Below are positions 13,065 through 25,734 of a stretch of DNA of 64,000 nucleotides, piece after piece. This stretch comes from Basidiobolus meristosporus CBS 931.73 (lineage: Eukaryota; Fungi; Basidiobolomycota), in assembly GCA_002104905.1 (NCBI GenBank), contig MCFE01000045.1, forward strand, positions 62,001 through 126,000, in the 5' to 3' direction. A program made the position numbers and the translations under genes. Numbering within the stretch: position 1 is the stretch's first letter; every line of letters begins with the position of its first letter. Below the pieces are notes generated by a model. That model was not told the origin of the DNA. It was given only the letters and a program-made list of their open reading frames with translations, and searched no databases.

Positions 13065-13700
13065 GTTTGCTTATTAATGTTTCAAAGTTCCACTGAAGGC
13101 ATTGTGATAGTCTCAGAAGCTCTTGACATTGTAGCTTTGTTGGTCAGTGAGATCTCCACTCTGTCAACAATGGGGGATGTGGAGGCTGTGGTAGACAAAT
13201 TGCCTTTCTCTGCAAATTCATTTACCTTGCTGGAGTGTAGCTCAACTGGCTGTGCTTCCAACCCTTGTAAAAGCAGATGTTTCTTGTTGGTAATTCTTCT
13301 TGGCAATGATGAGATTCAGTCTGTCCCAGGCTTGAGGCATTAATTGGTAAGAGCTGCAAACTTTATTGCATGCTTCCCTGTCTCAGGCTTGGGTTGACAT
13401 TTTTCTCTTTACCTTTTCCCCTATCACTGCCAGGTCCTTCACTGCTACTTTGACTTAGTGCTTCTTGAGTGGTACTCTGCATTTTCCTTGATCAATGCTG
13501 TGCTGGTGCATATGTGTCTGCCTGCTTGCTCTTATTGGTATATTCCAAGCTACCTGATGCCTCTTTGATGCTTGTTTGCAGCTTTTGGTATGCAAACAGC
13601 TTAGGAAGTATTACAAGAATCACAGCAAGTGTTTTGCTGCACTAATCATATTTGATCTTTTATCAGTCACTACTGTACCAACTTAATCTTGCTGGCCAGT
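13065..13700 (-). pseudogene. Fragment of CACTA second gene plus a short transposase N-terminal fragment
   Basis: ORF 13082-13306 (LEAQPVELHSSKVNEFAEKGN...) matches 43166-43465. Segment 13590-13700 matches 1765-1870. Confidence 0.6.
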
Positions 13701-14139
13701 TAATCCATATGAAAGATGATAGTAAAGATCCCATCAAAAGACCATCACAAAATTAAGGTCCCTTGACTAAGAGGTACTGATCCAATCAGGAGACCATTTA
13801 CCAACCACTGAAAAATAATTACACCCCAGATTTGAAAAAAATAATTATTCAAAATGTTTCATCACAACAACATATAAGTGGCTTTTGATTGGTTCCTTGT
13901 CAATTTGCTCACTTTCTGATACTGGACTCTCTATTGCCTCCTATGTTTGTGTGCATTGATTGCTGTTGCCTCTTTTTCACACTCCTTACCTCCTGACTCA
14001 AATGTTTCTCTTACTTTTCATGCATATAAATTGTTTTATTTCAGTTGAAACTTCAGTTGTATGGCAATTGCCAATTGTATAGACCTACACAAGTTCCTAT
14101 ACCCTACACTAACATTAAGCCAAGCCACACACTCAACTA

Positions 14140-15888
14140 TTAACTCCATGAAGATCAACACTCAATGAGTATTTCTGCTGTAATGCTCTGGTTCCACAAC
14201 TTCAGCAGGAGCCCAATGGCATCATGCCAATCTTGATTACCAAGTTCCCTCATGTCCTGGTCTTCAGTTGGCATTGCAAGGTCTAACACCTCATCTGCCA
14301 GTCTTTGCAATAAATCCATGCAATATTCAATTGCATTTTTTTGAGCACTGCTTTGGAAGAAGTGCTCTAACCTCTTGATTCGCCTAATAATGTTCCAAAA
14401 TTCCCCTGAAGGCATCACGATGGTCTTTTGAGTTCTTGACATTGCAGCCTTGTCTGTCAGTGGAATCTCCACTTTGTCAACAATGTAGGATGTGGAAGCT
14501 GTGATCTACAAATTGCCTAGTTCTGCAAACTCATCTACCTTGCTGGAGTGTAGCTCAACTGGGTGCGTTTCTAACTCTTGAGAAAGCAGCTTTTTTCTTG
14601 TTGGTAATTCTTCTTTGCTATTACAGGTTTAGTCTGATTAAGGCTTGTAGTATTAATTGGCAAGAACTGCATTTTTTTTGCATGCCTCCCTGTCCCAGGC
14701 TTCGGTTAACATTTTTTTCCTTACCTTTTCCTGCATCACTGCCAGGTCTTTCACTGCTACTCTGACTGAGTGCTTCTTGAGTGGTACTAAGCTTTTTCCC
14801 TGATAGGTTTGGACTGGTGCAACTGTGTCTCCCTGCTTGTCCATATTAGGTGCTCCCCTGCTGCTTGACACCTCTTTGATGCTTGTTTGGAGTCTTTTTC
14901 CCTGCATGTAACTGGCTCTTGAGGAAGCTGCTGGTTTTTAGCCATGGTACCCTTGTTCTTCTGCCTTTGATAGTTTCTGCTATTCTTAAGATACTTTCTT
15001 AGCATACCAATGCTGGCTTAAAATCTGCTTGCACATTTGAATCCAGGATATTGCTTATGGTGCAAGTCAAGCACATTCTGTTTGGCCTTGAGTTCCTGAT
15101 GGACTCATGGTATGCTGGCCCTCAGGTGATGGTGTGCTAGACTACTGACAGCCTCTTAATATTAGCCCACTCTTCATTATTGCATTCAACAGCTTCATAG
15201 ATCTTCAATGTCTGTTGATTTTTAGGCTTTAGTATGAGCACCTTATTGTCTCCCTCCCATGCTGTGATAGATTCTCTATGGGCTTTATCATTGAGCACTG
15301 TTGTTGCGCTTCAAAGACTGTACAGTGTTCCTCAGCAGTTACATTGGGAAATGGCTCAATTCTTGGCTATGGCATTGAGCTACTTGAGTTCCTTCATTGC
15401 AGCAAATTGCTACTTATTCTACCTGGGATATTGATTGCTCTACACCAGTTATCTGCTCTTCCAGTATCTAGACTATTTACTGATTTCTCTGGGCCATTGA
15501 ATATAACCTATCAGCCACTGCTTGTAATTGCTTCATTAATGCTTTGCTATGAGCTGATAACATACTTGCTAATGTGGGTGGTAGTGATGTTATGATGGCT
15601 ATTTGCTGGTCTTCAGCTTAGACTGCTGCATTTGTTACATCCACATCTGCCCAAGCATAACAGTCAGCTTGTAGCTCTGCAGAGGGTCTCAATTGCCTAC
15701 TTGACTGAGAGACTGAGAAGTCTGTGTTATTACCTTCAGTTGGCAGACTGTTAACATGGCCTTTTTTGGATGTAGCCCTGCTTGTTGCACTGAATGTCAA
15801 AGCATGCTGTTGTCCAACCATTGATCTGCTGCCATCAGTGGTGGGGTTTGGTTGGAAGCCAGATGGCTTTGATTTTTTTTGGCGGCAT
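14140..15888 (-). pseudogene. Most complete copy of the unknown CACTA second gene
   Basis: ATG CCG CCA AAA at 15888. ORF pieces 15618-15974, 14787-15005, 14653-14907 and 14155-14472 are collinear with the copies at 51142-53765 and 42790-43594. Confidence 0.6.
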
Positions 15889-16612
15889 ATATTTAGAAGT
15901 GAGTCAAAACAAAGGGGAAATAGTGTTACATTTACATGTGTATGTGGTGCCACAACTTTACTTATAATGCTCACTATGGTAGGTCATAATTGAATCTTAC
16001 ATTCATGTAGGTGCAATGTCTCAAATAAAAGACCTTCTTAAGTTCACATGAATATTGACCAAAAAGTGATATAGTAGCATTATGTTGGTGAAGATTAAAC
16101 TGTTTGCCCCATGGACAAGACAACTTTGATTCAACTCTGTAAGACAAGAGAAAAATGACTATTTGGCTATTGTAGCAAGCCTCTCAGCACTGAAGTACTT
16201 AGGCATAATTGCAAATATTACAAGGATCATGACCTATGTTTTGCCACACATGTCATATTTGACCTTTCATCAGTCACTACTGTACTGTGTGGGTAGATAG
16301 GAAGAAAGTTAGGTTGCAATTACTCCCTTATACCAATCTCATCAAGAATACTACCTTTAAGTCCATCCTGGATGAGATGAGCTGGTACATGGAGGGCTAC
16401 CGTCAAGAGTTCAAAAATACTAATGATAGATATGCACATGGAGACACCTATGCCTACTGAATTAAGAAGCTGAGCAGTCCCAATATATGGGTAATCAGTT
16501 TAGTTATGCAAAGTTGGGTTGGGTGCAACAAGCAACTGACTTTTATTAGGAAAGCTCTACCAAAGTATGCTGGGTTTCTCTTGCCCACAAGCCAACTTCC
16601 ACACCATTCAAT

Positions 16613-17000
16613 AGACTTGTCCTGTTGGACAGTGCCACACTGAGCCATGAGTGCCAAATGATGCCATAGTGTGCCAGAGAGGCCAAGTGAGCCTATACTT
16701 GGCCACAGAGTGTGAAATATAGCTCTGCATCTTCATGCAAAGCAGCCCCTGTGTTTCACCTATTGAGTTCAAGAAAATCCATTTTTTGCTGTTTTTTTGT
16801 GGATCAATGTTGTACAGGATGTGTAAGAGCACAGAAGAACTGACAACATGCATCAGGTACTCAATACCCATGGCACTCTGAATCAAGCTCCTGTGGCTTG
16901 TAACATGTCACAAAAATGCATGGCACTATCTTGGTCCACTGGTACTATCTAGCACTATATTTAATTATTAGCCCTAAAGTAAGATCTATACAAAGCATTT
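16613..17000 (+). mobile_element. Truncated foldback element (one arm plus spacer)
   Basis: AAT|AGACTTGTCC start, homologous to 845-1230 including the spacer TATTAGCCCTAAAGT. The second arm is absent. Confidence 0.8.
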
Positions 17001-17570
17001 ACAGGTGTGTGCATTTGTTGAGGTTAGTGAGCAGGAGGCCATAGTTTTCTTATTCAAACTCTATGTGAAATACCCAAGGTAGTAGTGGGTATGCAAACAA
17101 ACAAGGGTCACTCTACAATGAAATATATGAATTGCACAATGGGAGGTGGAGATAGGATATACCACCTGGTTAATTGCTACATTAGAATTATATAGAACTA
17201 GCTGTAGGCCGCCATACTGCCACTGTAATGCCATCAGAAAGTTGCAATGAGGCCATCAAAGCACTGTGAGGTTTTTTGCCATATAAGTCAATTGAATGTA
17301 CTGGCCAGTTAGATCCATTTAAATAGATGTAGAGCGCATCAAGACTGCAACAATGCCATGCAATTATTGCCACAGCACTAATTAAGCCCCATCAAGTTTT
17401 ATAACTTTATTTAGCAGTAAAACCAGCAAAAATGCTGTTTTGATCCTATCATAAGATTGTTAGCAAGGTCACTAATTCCAAGCTGCTGGTATTATTATAG
17501 TCTCCAAACAGGATTCTGGAGGCTAATGAGGATGGGATCCACCTGCAGGGCCACGTTATTTTTCATAGGG

Positions 17571-19782
17571 GTTTGCTTTTATCCACACCAATCTCAGCAA
17601 ACTAGATATACTTTTTTCTTAGTTTTGACTGATGCAGTGCTCTTGAGTGCTTCTCTGGCTTTTTTCCCATTTATGCAGACTACCCAGTGCTTCAAATTAG
17701 CTGGGGGAGCAGTTTTTACTCAAAAAGTTGCTGATCTTTGATTGTTTTGTGCAAATAATCAAGATTGATGTGTTCCAATCTCATTTGCCTATGCATTTGT
17801 TTTTCTTCATTTAAGTTACTTATATTGGCTTCTAGGTATCATAGAATATAAGGCAACTTGTACATATTCTGATATCTTATACCAAAAGTAATAAGGGCAC
17901 CATTTTGAATGGTGATCCCGCTTCTAGAGTTGTCAAAGCTGAAACTGAGTTCTTCTGCAATGGCCTTACTTACAGATAGTAGGTGTTGTATCCAAGAGTA
18001 AAGTCTAATAAGCTTTTGAATAAGTTAACTGAATCTAAGTGACAACTAAGCACAGAATCCTAGAGCTGTTAAAGTGACAGAAATAATAGCAGAGAAGTTT
18101 TGTTCTAACATTAGTTTTGTATAGAGCTGAGTTAGGCTATAAAGGCAACAGAGTTGGTTTGCCATGCAGGCTAGGTTTGGGTGGAAGCTGAAACAGAAGT
18201 GTTGAATTCTTTATCTTGCTGAGGCACAATTCTAATTTTGTTGAGACACACACTAAATTAAAAGGCTCAGTAAATTTTAATTATTGTTTTCTGCTCTAAT
18301 TGAATTAGTAAGTGCCAAGAGACTGGACTAATTGAGATCTGTTGGGGTGTTTGTAAGTAGGCTCTGGGCTATTTCTAGTACATAGAGCACTTCTTTAAAG
18401 GTCAGTTTATGGCTTCCTTCACTACTTCTAAGGTGAGCTTGCATAGTTCCTTCTCCCATTGCCTCAAGTGCCACATAGTCACCCATGAAAACCCCCTCAA
18501 TTGGAATTTCTTGATATTGGGTAAAAAGAGCTTTCTGGTATGTAAGGGTTGAGATGTTCCATAATCAGTATACCTCATCTGAGGATCCTTATCAGTGGCT
18601 ATATTTAGTGCAGATATGAATAGTCTATCTTCTGTTGTGGCAGCATTTCCATACTCAAGCTTTTTTGCTGACTATCTAACATCTTGAAGCACTGGTCTGA
18701 TGAGTGTTTGTTCCATTTGTAGTAGTTGCAAAACATGTTGGTATTACCTTTGGAAAGTATTGGGTATCACTTATGTTGGTTATCATTGCTTATTAAAGAG
18801 TTTTCTTCTTCCCACTTGTTGGTATTTAATTTTCATAATTCAGCATCTGGGAGTCTTCCATATTTGTAATATGTGGTCAAATCTTCAATTCAGGATTCCA
18901 GGGCTAATACAAGACCCTGAGGCTTCTATTTCCAGCTATACCCAATGGTAACTATCACATCCTCACCAGTATTTAGTTTGCCCATAGACTCCATCTCATC
19001 CACCAGCAGGGTGATTCTGTGAATTACATTTTTTATTTCTTCTTCTGGCAGCATCTCTGTGGTAAGGAATATCTGGCTCAGATATATCTTATTAGAAGCT
19101 GAACACAGCTAGTAGGTGTCTGCCAATGCCTTCCAGGTATTTCTTGCTGTTGTTGCTCTTGAGCATGAAATTGGCAACTTGTCTCTGACATTAAAGCAAG
19201 TATAGCTAATGGCACTCTGTTCTTTCTTCTGGTACTTCAAGGCTTCCACTACCACACTTTTAGGAGGGCATTCTTCTCTCATAACCATGTCCAAACAACC
19301 CCTTCTTGTAGGTGCATCTTCATTGTTACCTTCTGCATTTAGTAGTTAGGTCTCTCCAGCTTTCAGCTTAGGAAAAAACTCCAGTAGCTGTAGTCAAAGA
19401 CATTGCAGAGGGTGACAGCTTTGAGCTCACAATCTGTTTTAAGAGTCTCGGAGATATTGGAAGTGATTGGGAGGACAAGTTGATTAGATGGCTTCCACTT
19501 ATTGATCTATTGAATGCTAAGTAGTATTTATGATTTTACATGGTATTGGCATAACAGACCTGTAGAATAGGTTTACAAACGTCCAAAGAACATGTGGGGA
19601 AAGTTTGAGGCTACTTGAGCAACTATGAGAACTTTCACATTCTGAGTACCTTATATCTAGGTGAGAATATTCTAAGTAAGTCCCAACAAGGTATTTGGTT
19701 AGTATTCTCAACTATTTGTAGGTAATGATTTAGGTGACAAAGTTAGGTGAATATATAGGTGGAATTACAAATTCTTACAACA
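17571..19782 (-). mobile_element. Degenerate, 3'-truncated copia family B copy (5' LTR 19435-19782, gag, PR, start of IN)
   Basis: Collinear with 23900-25734. ORF 19109-19294 gives ALKYQKKEQSA. Degenerate PBS. Confidence 0.8.
17984..18356 (-). mobile_element. Truncated family D LTR
   Basis: Starts TGTTGTATCCAAGA like 10947 and is flanked by GTAGG/GTAGG within family B sequence. About half of the LTR is missing. Confidence 0.7.
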
Positions 19783-20229
19783 CCAACAATGTAATACAAA
19801 GTGAAATATTCAGCCCTGAACTATAGGGCTGATGCAAGTGTTATGACCTGCTGCTTGAATGTTCAAGTTAGATAGGTTTTTAGTCAAATAAATTAGCTAT
19901 ATGTTTAGTTTATCAGTATAACAGTATCATCTATCAAATCAGTAGCATTAGTCAGCAAATGAATCAGCATATCCATATCTGACAGGAATAGATACATTAA
20001 GTAGGATCTTATTGGGTGATGATGATGCAGTCAAATGACTAATCAGCCACTGCCTACATTAGGAAATACAATTAGTCAGCAATTGATCTGGCAAAATGTA
20101 TATAAGGAGCTGCTGGAACGTCAATAGAGATCAGTTCAAGTTTTAGTGAATACAATACTAGCTATACTCCCTGTTCCTCTACAACTCTAATACCAAGACT
20201 TGTAACATTGGTAGCAGCAATAACCAGAA

Positions 20230-21051
20230 ACATCCCTCCTGAAGAAAGAAGAAACCTCCCTCAAGATGTCCAAAAATCAAGAATGCTATGCAACAAATCC
20301 TGGCCCAGCAGCAACAGTTACTCCAGATCCTTAGCCAGCAGTAACAAGGAATGACTACCATGGCCCAAAGCCAGCAAAACCCTGTCAAGTGCAACTTTAA
20401 TGTAAAGGTCAACCAGTACCATGGTAGAGTCAATGAAAACCTGGGAGCTTGGCACTTTCAGATTGAAGAAGCTTTCAAGGCTAAGGGAATTGCTCCAAAA
20501 AGCGAGTTACATTATGCAGTCTCTTATCTGACAGATACAGCTTTACAGGGGTACTACAACAAGATCAGGCCAGCCACCATGATGGGATGCTCTACAATCT
20601 CTACGTGGGATGAGTTTGTGTCAGAAATTCAGGATGCCTTTGAGCCCCCACACCAATATATACTACTAAGAAGAAAGTTGAAGACATTCAGACAGAAAGG
20701 AATGGTCCTCTGCATCAAGTTGAATACTTTACTGATGGGTTGAAAGAAAGAACCTGGCAGGAAGTGAATTACCAAAGACCTCAGACTATTAAAGAAACCA
20801 TCAAGATTGCCATTGACTATTACTCAGCTATGTTTGCAATTGGAAATCCAACAATGACTAATCAGAGAGGCTACAATCACTTTGAAAGAAGACAATCAGA
20901 AGCAGTGCCAATGGAAATAGATGCTATGCAGAAGAACCCTACCTCAGAAGAATGTAAGAAGAAAGGGCTTTGCTTCAATTGCCACAAGCAGGGACATATT
21001 GCAAAGTACTGCCCTTGGAGAGGAAATGGACACCAGCCATCAAGAACCTTT
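20230..21051 (+). pseudogene. Gypsy gag (retrotransposon gag domain plus CCHC knuckle)
   Basis: YHGRVNENLGAWHFQIEEAF...AVSYLTDTALQGY...TWDEFVSEIQDAF, VPMEIDA, CFNCHKQGHIAKYC. Contains stops and frameshifts. Confidence 0.8.
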
Positions 21052-24000
21052 TGTTGTAAGAGTCTTGGAGATATTGGAAGTGATTAGGAGAACAAGTAGA
21101 TTATGTGGTTTTCACTTAATGATTTATTGAATGTAAAAGTAGTATTTATACTTTTACCTGGTCTTGGCATTACAAACACGTAGAATAGGTTAAGGAAGGT
21201 CCCAAGAACATGTGTGCAAAGTTTGGGGCTGTTTGGACAACTTGGAGAATTTTCATGTTCTGGGTACCTGGTATTTTGGTGAGAATATTCTAAGTAAATC
21301 CCGACAAGGAATTTGGTCAGTATTCTCTAGGATTTGAAGGTGATGATCTAAGTGACTAAGTTAGGTGAATATTTAGGTGGAAATTTGAATTTTTACAACA
21401 CTCCCACTCAGCTAAATGCTCATACTGACTAGTCCTAATTTTGACCTAAGATATTCAAACTTGTCTCTAGTTAATGGTTTGGTAAATATGTCTGCAATTA
21501 TTTCGTCTGTAGAACAGTAAACTAAGCTAACTAAGTTATTCTCTATAGCTTCACGTATGAAATGATGTCTAATATCTATGTGCTTGGTTCTAGCATGAAA
21601 AGTTGGATTTCTACCTAATTGTATACATCCTTGATTATCTTGAAATAAAGTAATAGGAGTTTTTTGACACAAGCCTAAATCTGTAAAGAGCTCTCTTAAC
21701 CACATTGCTTCTTTTGTAGCTTCACAAGCTGCCATATACTCTGCCTCTGTAGTAGAAAGTGCTACGGTTGGTTGCTTTATTGAATTCCATGAAATTGCTC
21801 CTTTACAGTAAAGAAAGGTGTATCCTGTGGTGGATCTTCTGTCTTCCAAATTTTGTCCCCAATTAGCATCAGAGTATCCCACAAGATCCTGTTCTGAATC
21901 CTTATAAGTGTATCTTAAGCAGATATCAGCAGTTCCTTTTAGGTATCTAAAAATCCGCTTAACTGCTGCAATATGATCAGATCCATAATTCTGATTATGT
22001 TGGCTGACAACTCCCACTGAATGTGAGATATCTGGACATGTTCCAAGCATGATATACATCAGACTGCCGACCATAGATTGATAAGGAAAGTCAGGGCTTT
22101 CAGATGGCACCAAGCTCTCTTGATTTGGTCGAGTTTTGACCAAGTTAAGGATTGTTTCCATTGGGGTAGCTGCAGGTTTACAGTCTTCCATTTTGTACTT
22201 CTTTAGTATATCTTGAATATACTTGGATTGGCTTAGGGTAATAGTCTGGGTACTTCTGTCTATGGAGAACTTAATCCCTAAGTAGTAACTAAGCTCCCCT
22301 TGATTGGACATCTTGAACTTGTTAGATAGGCTGGATTTAGTCTCTTCCAATGCTTCTAGGTTATTGGCGGCTATAATAAGATCATCCACATATAGAGCTA
22401 ATAGAACTGGATTTGCTCTATCTGGCTTATAGTAAATACTATAGTCAGCATTACTCCTTTTGAAACTCAAAGATTCCTAATAAGAATCTATTTTGCAATT
22501 CCAGGCTCTTGGTGATTGTTTGAGACCATATAGTAACTCTTTAAGCTTGCAGACCAAATGGGGGTTATCTTGGTCAACAAACCCATCAGGCTGGTCCATA
22601 TACACATCCTCATCAAGTTCTTCATTCAAAAATGCAGTTTTTACATCCATTTGATGAATAAAAAACTTATATTTGGCTGCAATAGCCAATATTAATCTGA
22701 TGGAATTAAACTTGGCTACCAGTGCAAAGGTCTCAGTATAGTCAAGTCCTGTTGTTTGAGAGTATCCTTTGGCTACAAGTCTTGCTTTGTATCTTTCAAT
22801 TGTACCATCAGCCTTGTATTTTGTCTTGAAGACCCATCTGCATCCAATTGATTTTTGGTTGATTGGTAATTTGACTAAGTCCCAAGTTTGAGTTTCCATC
22901 AGTGCCTGATATTCCTCAGTCATTGCAGATCTCCAAAACTTTGTCTGAGGGCTATTTAGGGCCTCTTTTACAGTCTGGGGTTCATCAATAAGGACTGAAT
23001 AGGCATAGGCTAAGTTTGTACCCTCATTAATATAGTAATTTGGGCTATTTCTTGTCCGATTGGATCTCCGGGCATTTGATACTGGAATGATCACTTCTGG
23101 GATATTCCTGGGCACTGATTCCGGCTGAACCACAGTTGTAGAGTCCTCTGGAGTGAAAAATTTTCATTGTTTTGCTCTGATTCAATCCTGACAATTGGTG
23201 GACTTGAGATCAAATATTTGTCATCATCTGATGTCATTTTTTGTGAAAATTTTAAATTTTCATCAAACAACACATCCCTGGACTTGATCAGCTTCTTTGC
23301 TTTGGTATTGTAGATTCTGTATGCCTTACTCTCATTGCAGTAGCCCAAAAATATGCATTTTTCACTTTTTGGCTCAAATCTTGACTGATTTCCGGCTAGT
23401 TTTTTGGCATATGCTGTACACCCAAATATTCTTAGATGTTCTGCACTTGGTCTCTATCCATACCATGCTTCAAATGGAGTAGAGTCACAAAGTATTCTGT
23501 TATAACTCCTATTTTTAAGGTATACAGCAGTGGCAACTGATTGCGCCCAAAAATCAAAGGATAATTTTTGATCATGGATTGCAGATCTTGCCATATCAAT
23601 TATTGATCTGTTAGCTTGTTCTGCTACTCCATTTTGCTGTGGGGAGTATGGTACAGTAGTCTCTTGCTTTATCCCATGAATTTTGCACAAGTGGATGAAG
23701 AGTTTTGAGGTATAATCTCCACCATTGTCAGAGCGTATTTTCTTGATTTTTTCACCAGTTTCTCTCTCCACCATGGCCTTAAACTCCCTGAGCTTGGACA
23801 GAGATTCTTCCTTTCTCTCCATGAAGTAGACCCATGTGTATCTTGTATAATCATCAATAAAGGTGATCAAGTACTTCATCCCACCTAAGGATAAGTTTTG
23901 CATAGGTCCACACAGATCTGAGTGAATTAGATCTAATTTTTTCTTAGTTTTGATTAACCCAGAGCTCTTGAACAGTTGTCTGGCTTGTTTCCCATATATG

Positions 24001-25734
24001 CAGGCTTCACAGTGCTCCAAATTAGCTGGGGGATCAATTTTCACTCCTGAAATTAGCTGATCTTTGATCATTTTGCGCAAATAATCAAAGTTGATGTGTC
24101 CAAATTTCCTGTGCCAATGCATTGGTGTTTCTTCATTTAAGTTACTTTTATTGGCTTCCAGATATGATGGAATATAAGTCAACTTGTATAGATTCTGATC
24201 TCTGATGTCCAAAGCAATATGAGCACCATTTTGATCAGTGATCCTGCATCCAGAATTGTCAAAACTGAAACTGAGTCCTTCTGCTGTGGCCTTGCTTACA
24301 GAGAGTAGGTTCTTGGCTATTTCTGGTACATAGAGTACTTCTTTAAAGGTCAGTGTATGGCTTCCCTCACTGCTTCTAAGGCTTACTTGGATAGTTCCTT
24401 CTCCCACTGCATCAAGTGTTCTATTGTCACCCATGAAAACCTTCTTAATTGGAATTTCTTGATATTGGGTAAAAAGTTTTTTTTGGTGTGTAAAGTGTTG
24501 AGATGCTCCAGAGTCAATATACCATGTCGGAGAATCCTTGCTTGTGGTCATATTTAGTGCAGATATGAATAGTGTATCTTCAGTTGTTGCATCATTTCCA
24601 TATTCAGGCTTCTTTTGCTGATTATCTTTCTTTTTGAGACGCCGGTCTAATGTGTGTCCTTTCCTTTTGCAGTATTTACAAAACAGGTTGCTGTTGCCTT
24701 TGTAGGGTCTTGGGTACCTCCTTTGTTGGTTGTCATTGCTTGTTAAAGCATTTTCTTCTTCCTTCTTATTGGCGCTTGATTTTCTTAATTCTTCATCCAG
24801 GAGCCTTCCATATACGTAATATAAGGTCAAATCTTCAGTTCTGGACTCTAGGGCTGATACAAGGCCCTGAAACTTGTCTGTCAGGCTATTCAGGATGGTA
24901 ACTATCACATCCTCATCAGTAGTTGGTACGCCCACAGATTCCATCTCATCTACCAGCAGGGTAATTCTGTTAATTAGATTTTTCATTTCTTCTCCTGGCA
25001 GCATCTTTGTAGTAAAGAATTTTTGTCTCAGATACATTTTCTTGGCAGCTGAACATGACTGGTAGGTGTCTTCTAATGCTTTCCAGGCATTCTTTGCCGT
25101 TTTTGCTCTTGAGCATTGAATTAGCAATTTGTCCTTGACATTAAGGCAAATGCAGTTAAAGGCACTTTGTTCTTCTTCTGGTACTTTAAGGCTCCCTCTC
25201 CCACGTTTTTAGGAGGGCATTCTTCTCCCATGACAATATCCCAAAGGCCTCTTTCTTGTAGCAGCATCTTCATCTTCACCTTCCACACTTGATAGTTAGA
25301 TCCATCCAACTTTTCAGCAGAGGGAAAAATTCTAGTAATAGCAGTAGTAGACATTGCAGAGAGTGACAGCTTGGGGTTCATAACCTGTTGTAAGAGTCTT
25401 GGAGATATTGGAAGTGATTTGGAGAACAAGTAGATTATGTGGTTTTCACTTAATGATTTATTGAATGTAAAAGTAGTATTTATACTTTTACATGGTCTTG
25501 GCATTACAAACACACAGAATAGGCCAAGGAAGGTCCCAAGAACATGTGTGCAAAGTTTGGGGCTGTTTGGACAACTTTGAGAATTTTCATGTTCTGGGTA
25601 CCTGGTATTTTGGTGAAAATATTCTTAATAAATCCCAACTAGGAATTTGGTCAGTATTCTCTAGGATTTGAAGGTGATGATCTAAGTGACTAAGTTAGGT
25701 TAATATTTAGGTGGAAAAACAACTTTTTACAACA
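21052..25734 (-). mobile_element. Ty1/copia family B, copy B1 (4683 bp, disrupted ORFs)
   Basis: 349-bp LTRs 21052-21400 and 25386-25734, TSD CCTTT/CCTTT, PBS GGTTATGAACCC. Order gag-PR(WYIDSGAS)-IN(DDYTR, SDNGG)-RT(YVDD)-RH. Confidence 0.95.

Larger units (their letters stand above)
13705..17570 (+). mobile_element. Internally deleted CACTA-like copy
   Basis: Degenerate left terminus CCATATGAAAGATGAT at 13705, second gene on -, transposase start about 16110 then a deletion to its 3' part, right terminus TTTTTCATAGGG at 17570. No matching TSD, so it may be a rearranged composite. Confidence 0.65.

Noticed and set aside
13701-17574. Possible intact CACTA insertion with TSD
   Set aside because: The flanks (TAAT vs GTTT) differ and belong to different host elements.
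19809-19832. 8-bp stem hairpin TCAGCCCT-GAACTAT-AGGGCTGA next to the gypsy 5' LTR, resembling a terminator or Helitron end
   Set aside because: It aligns to copia B gag coding sequence (24815-24875), so it is most likely a chance product of decay.
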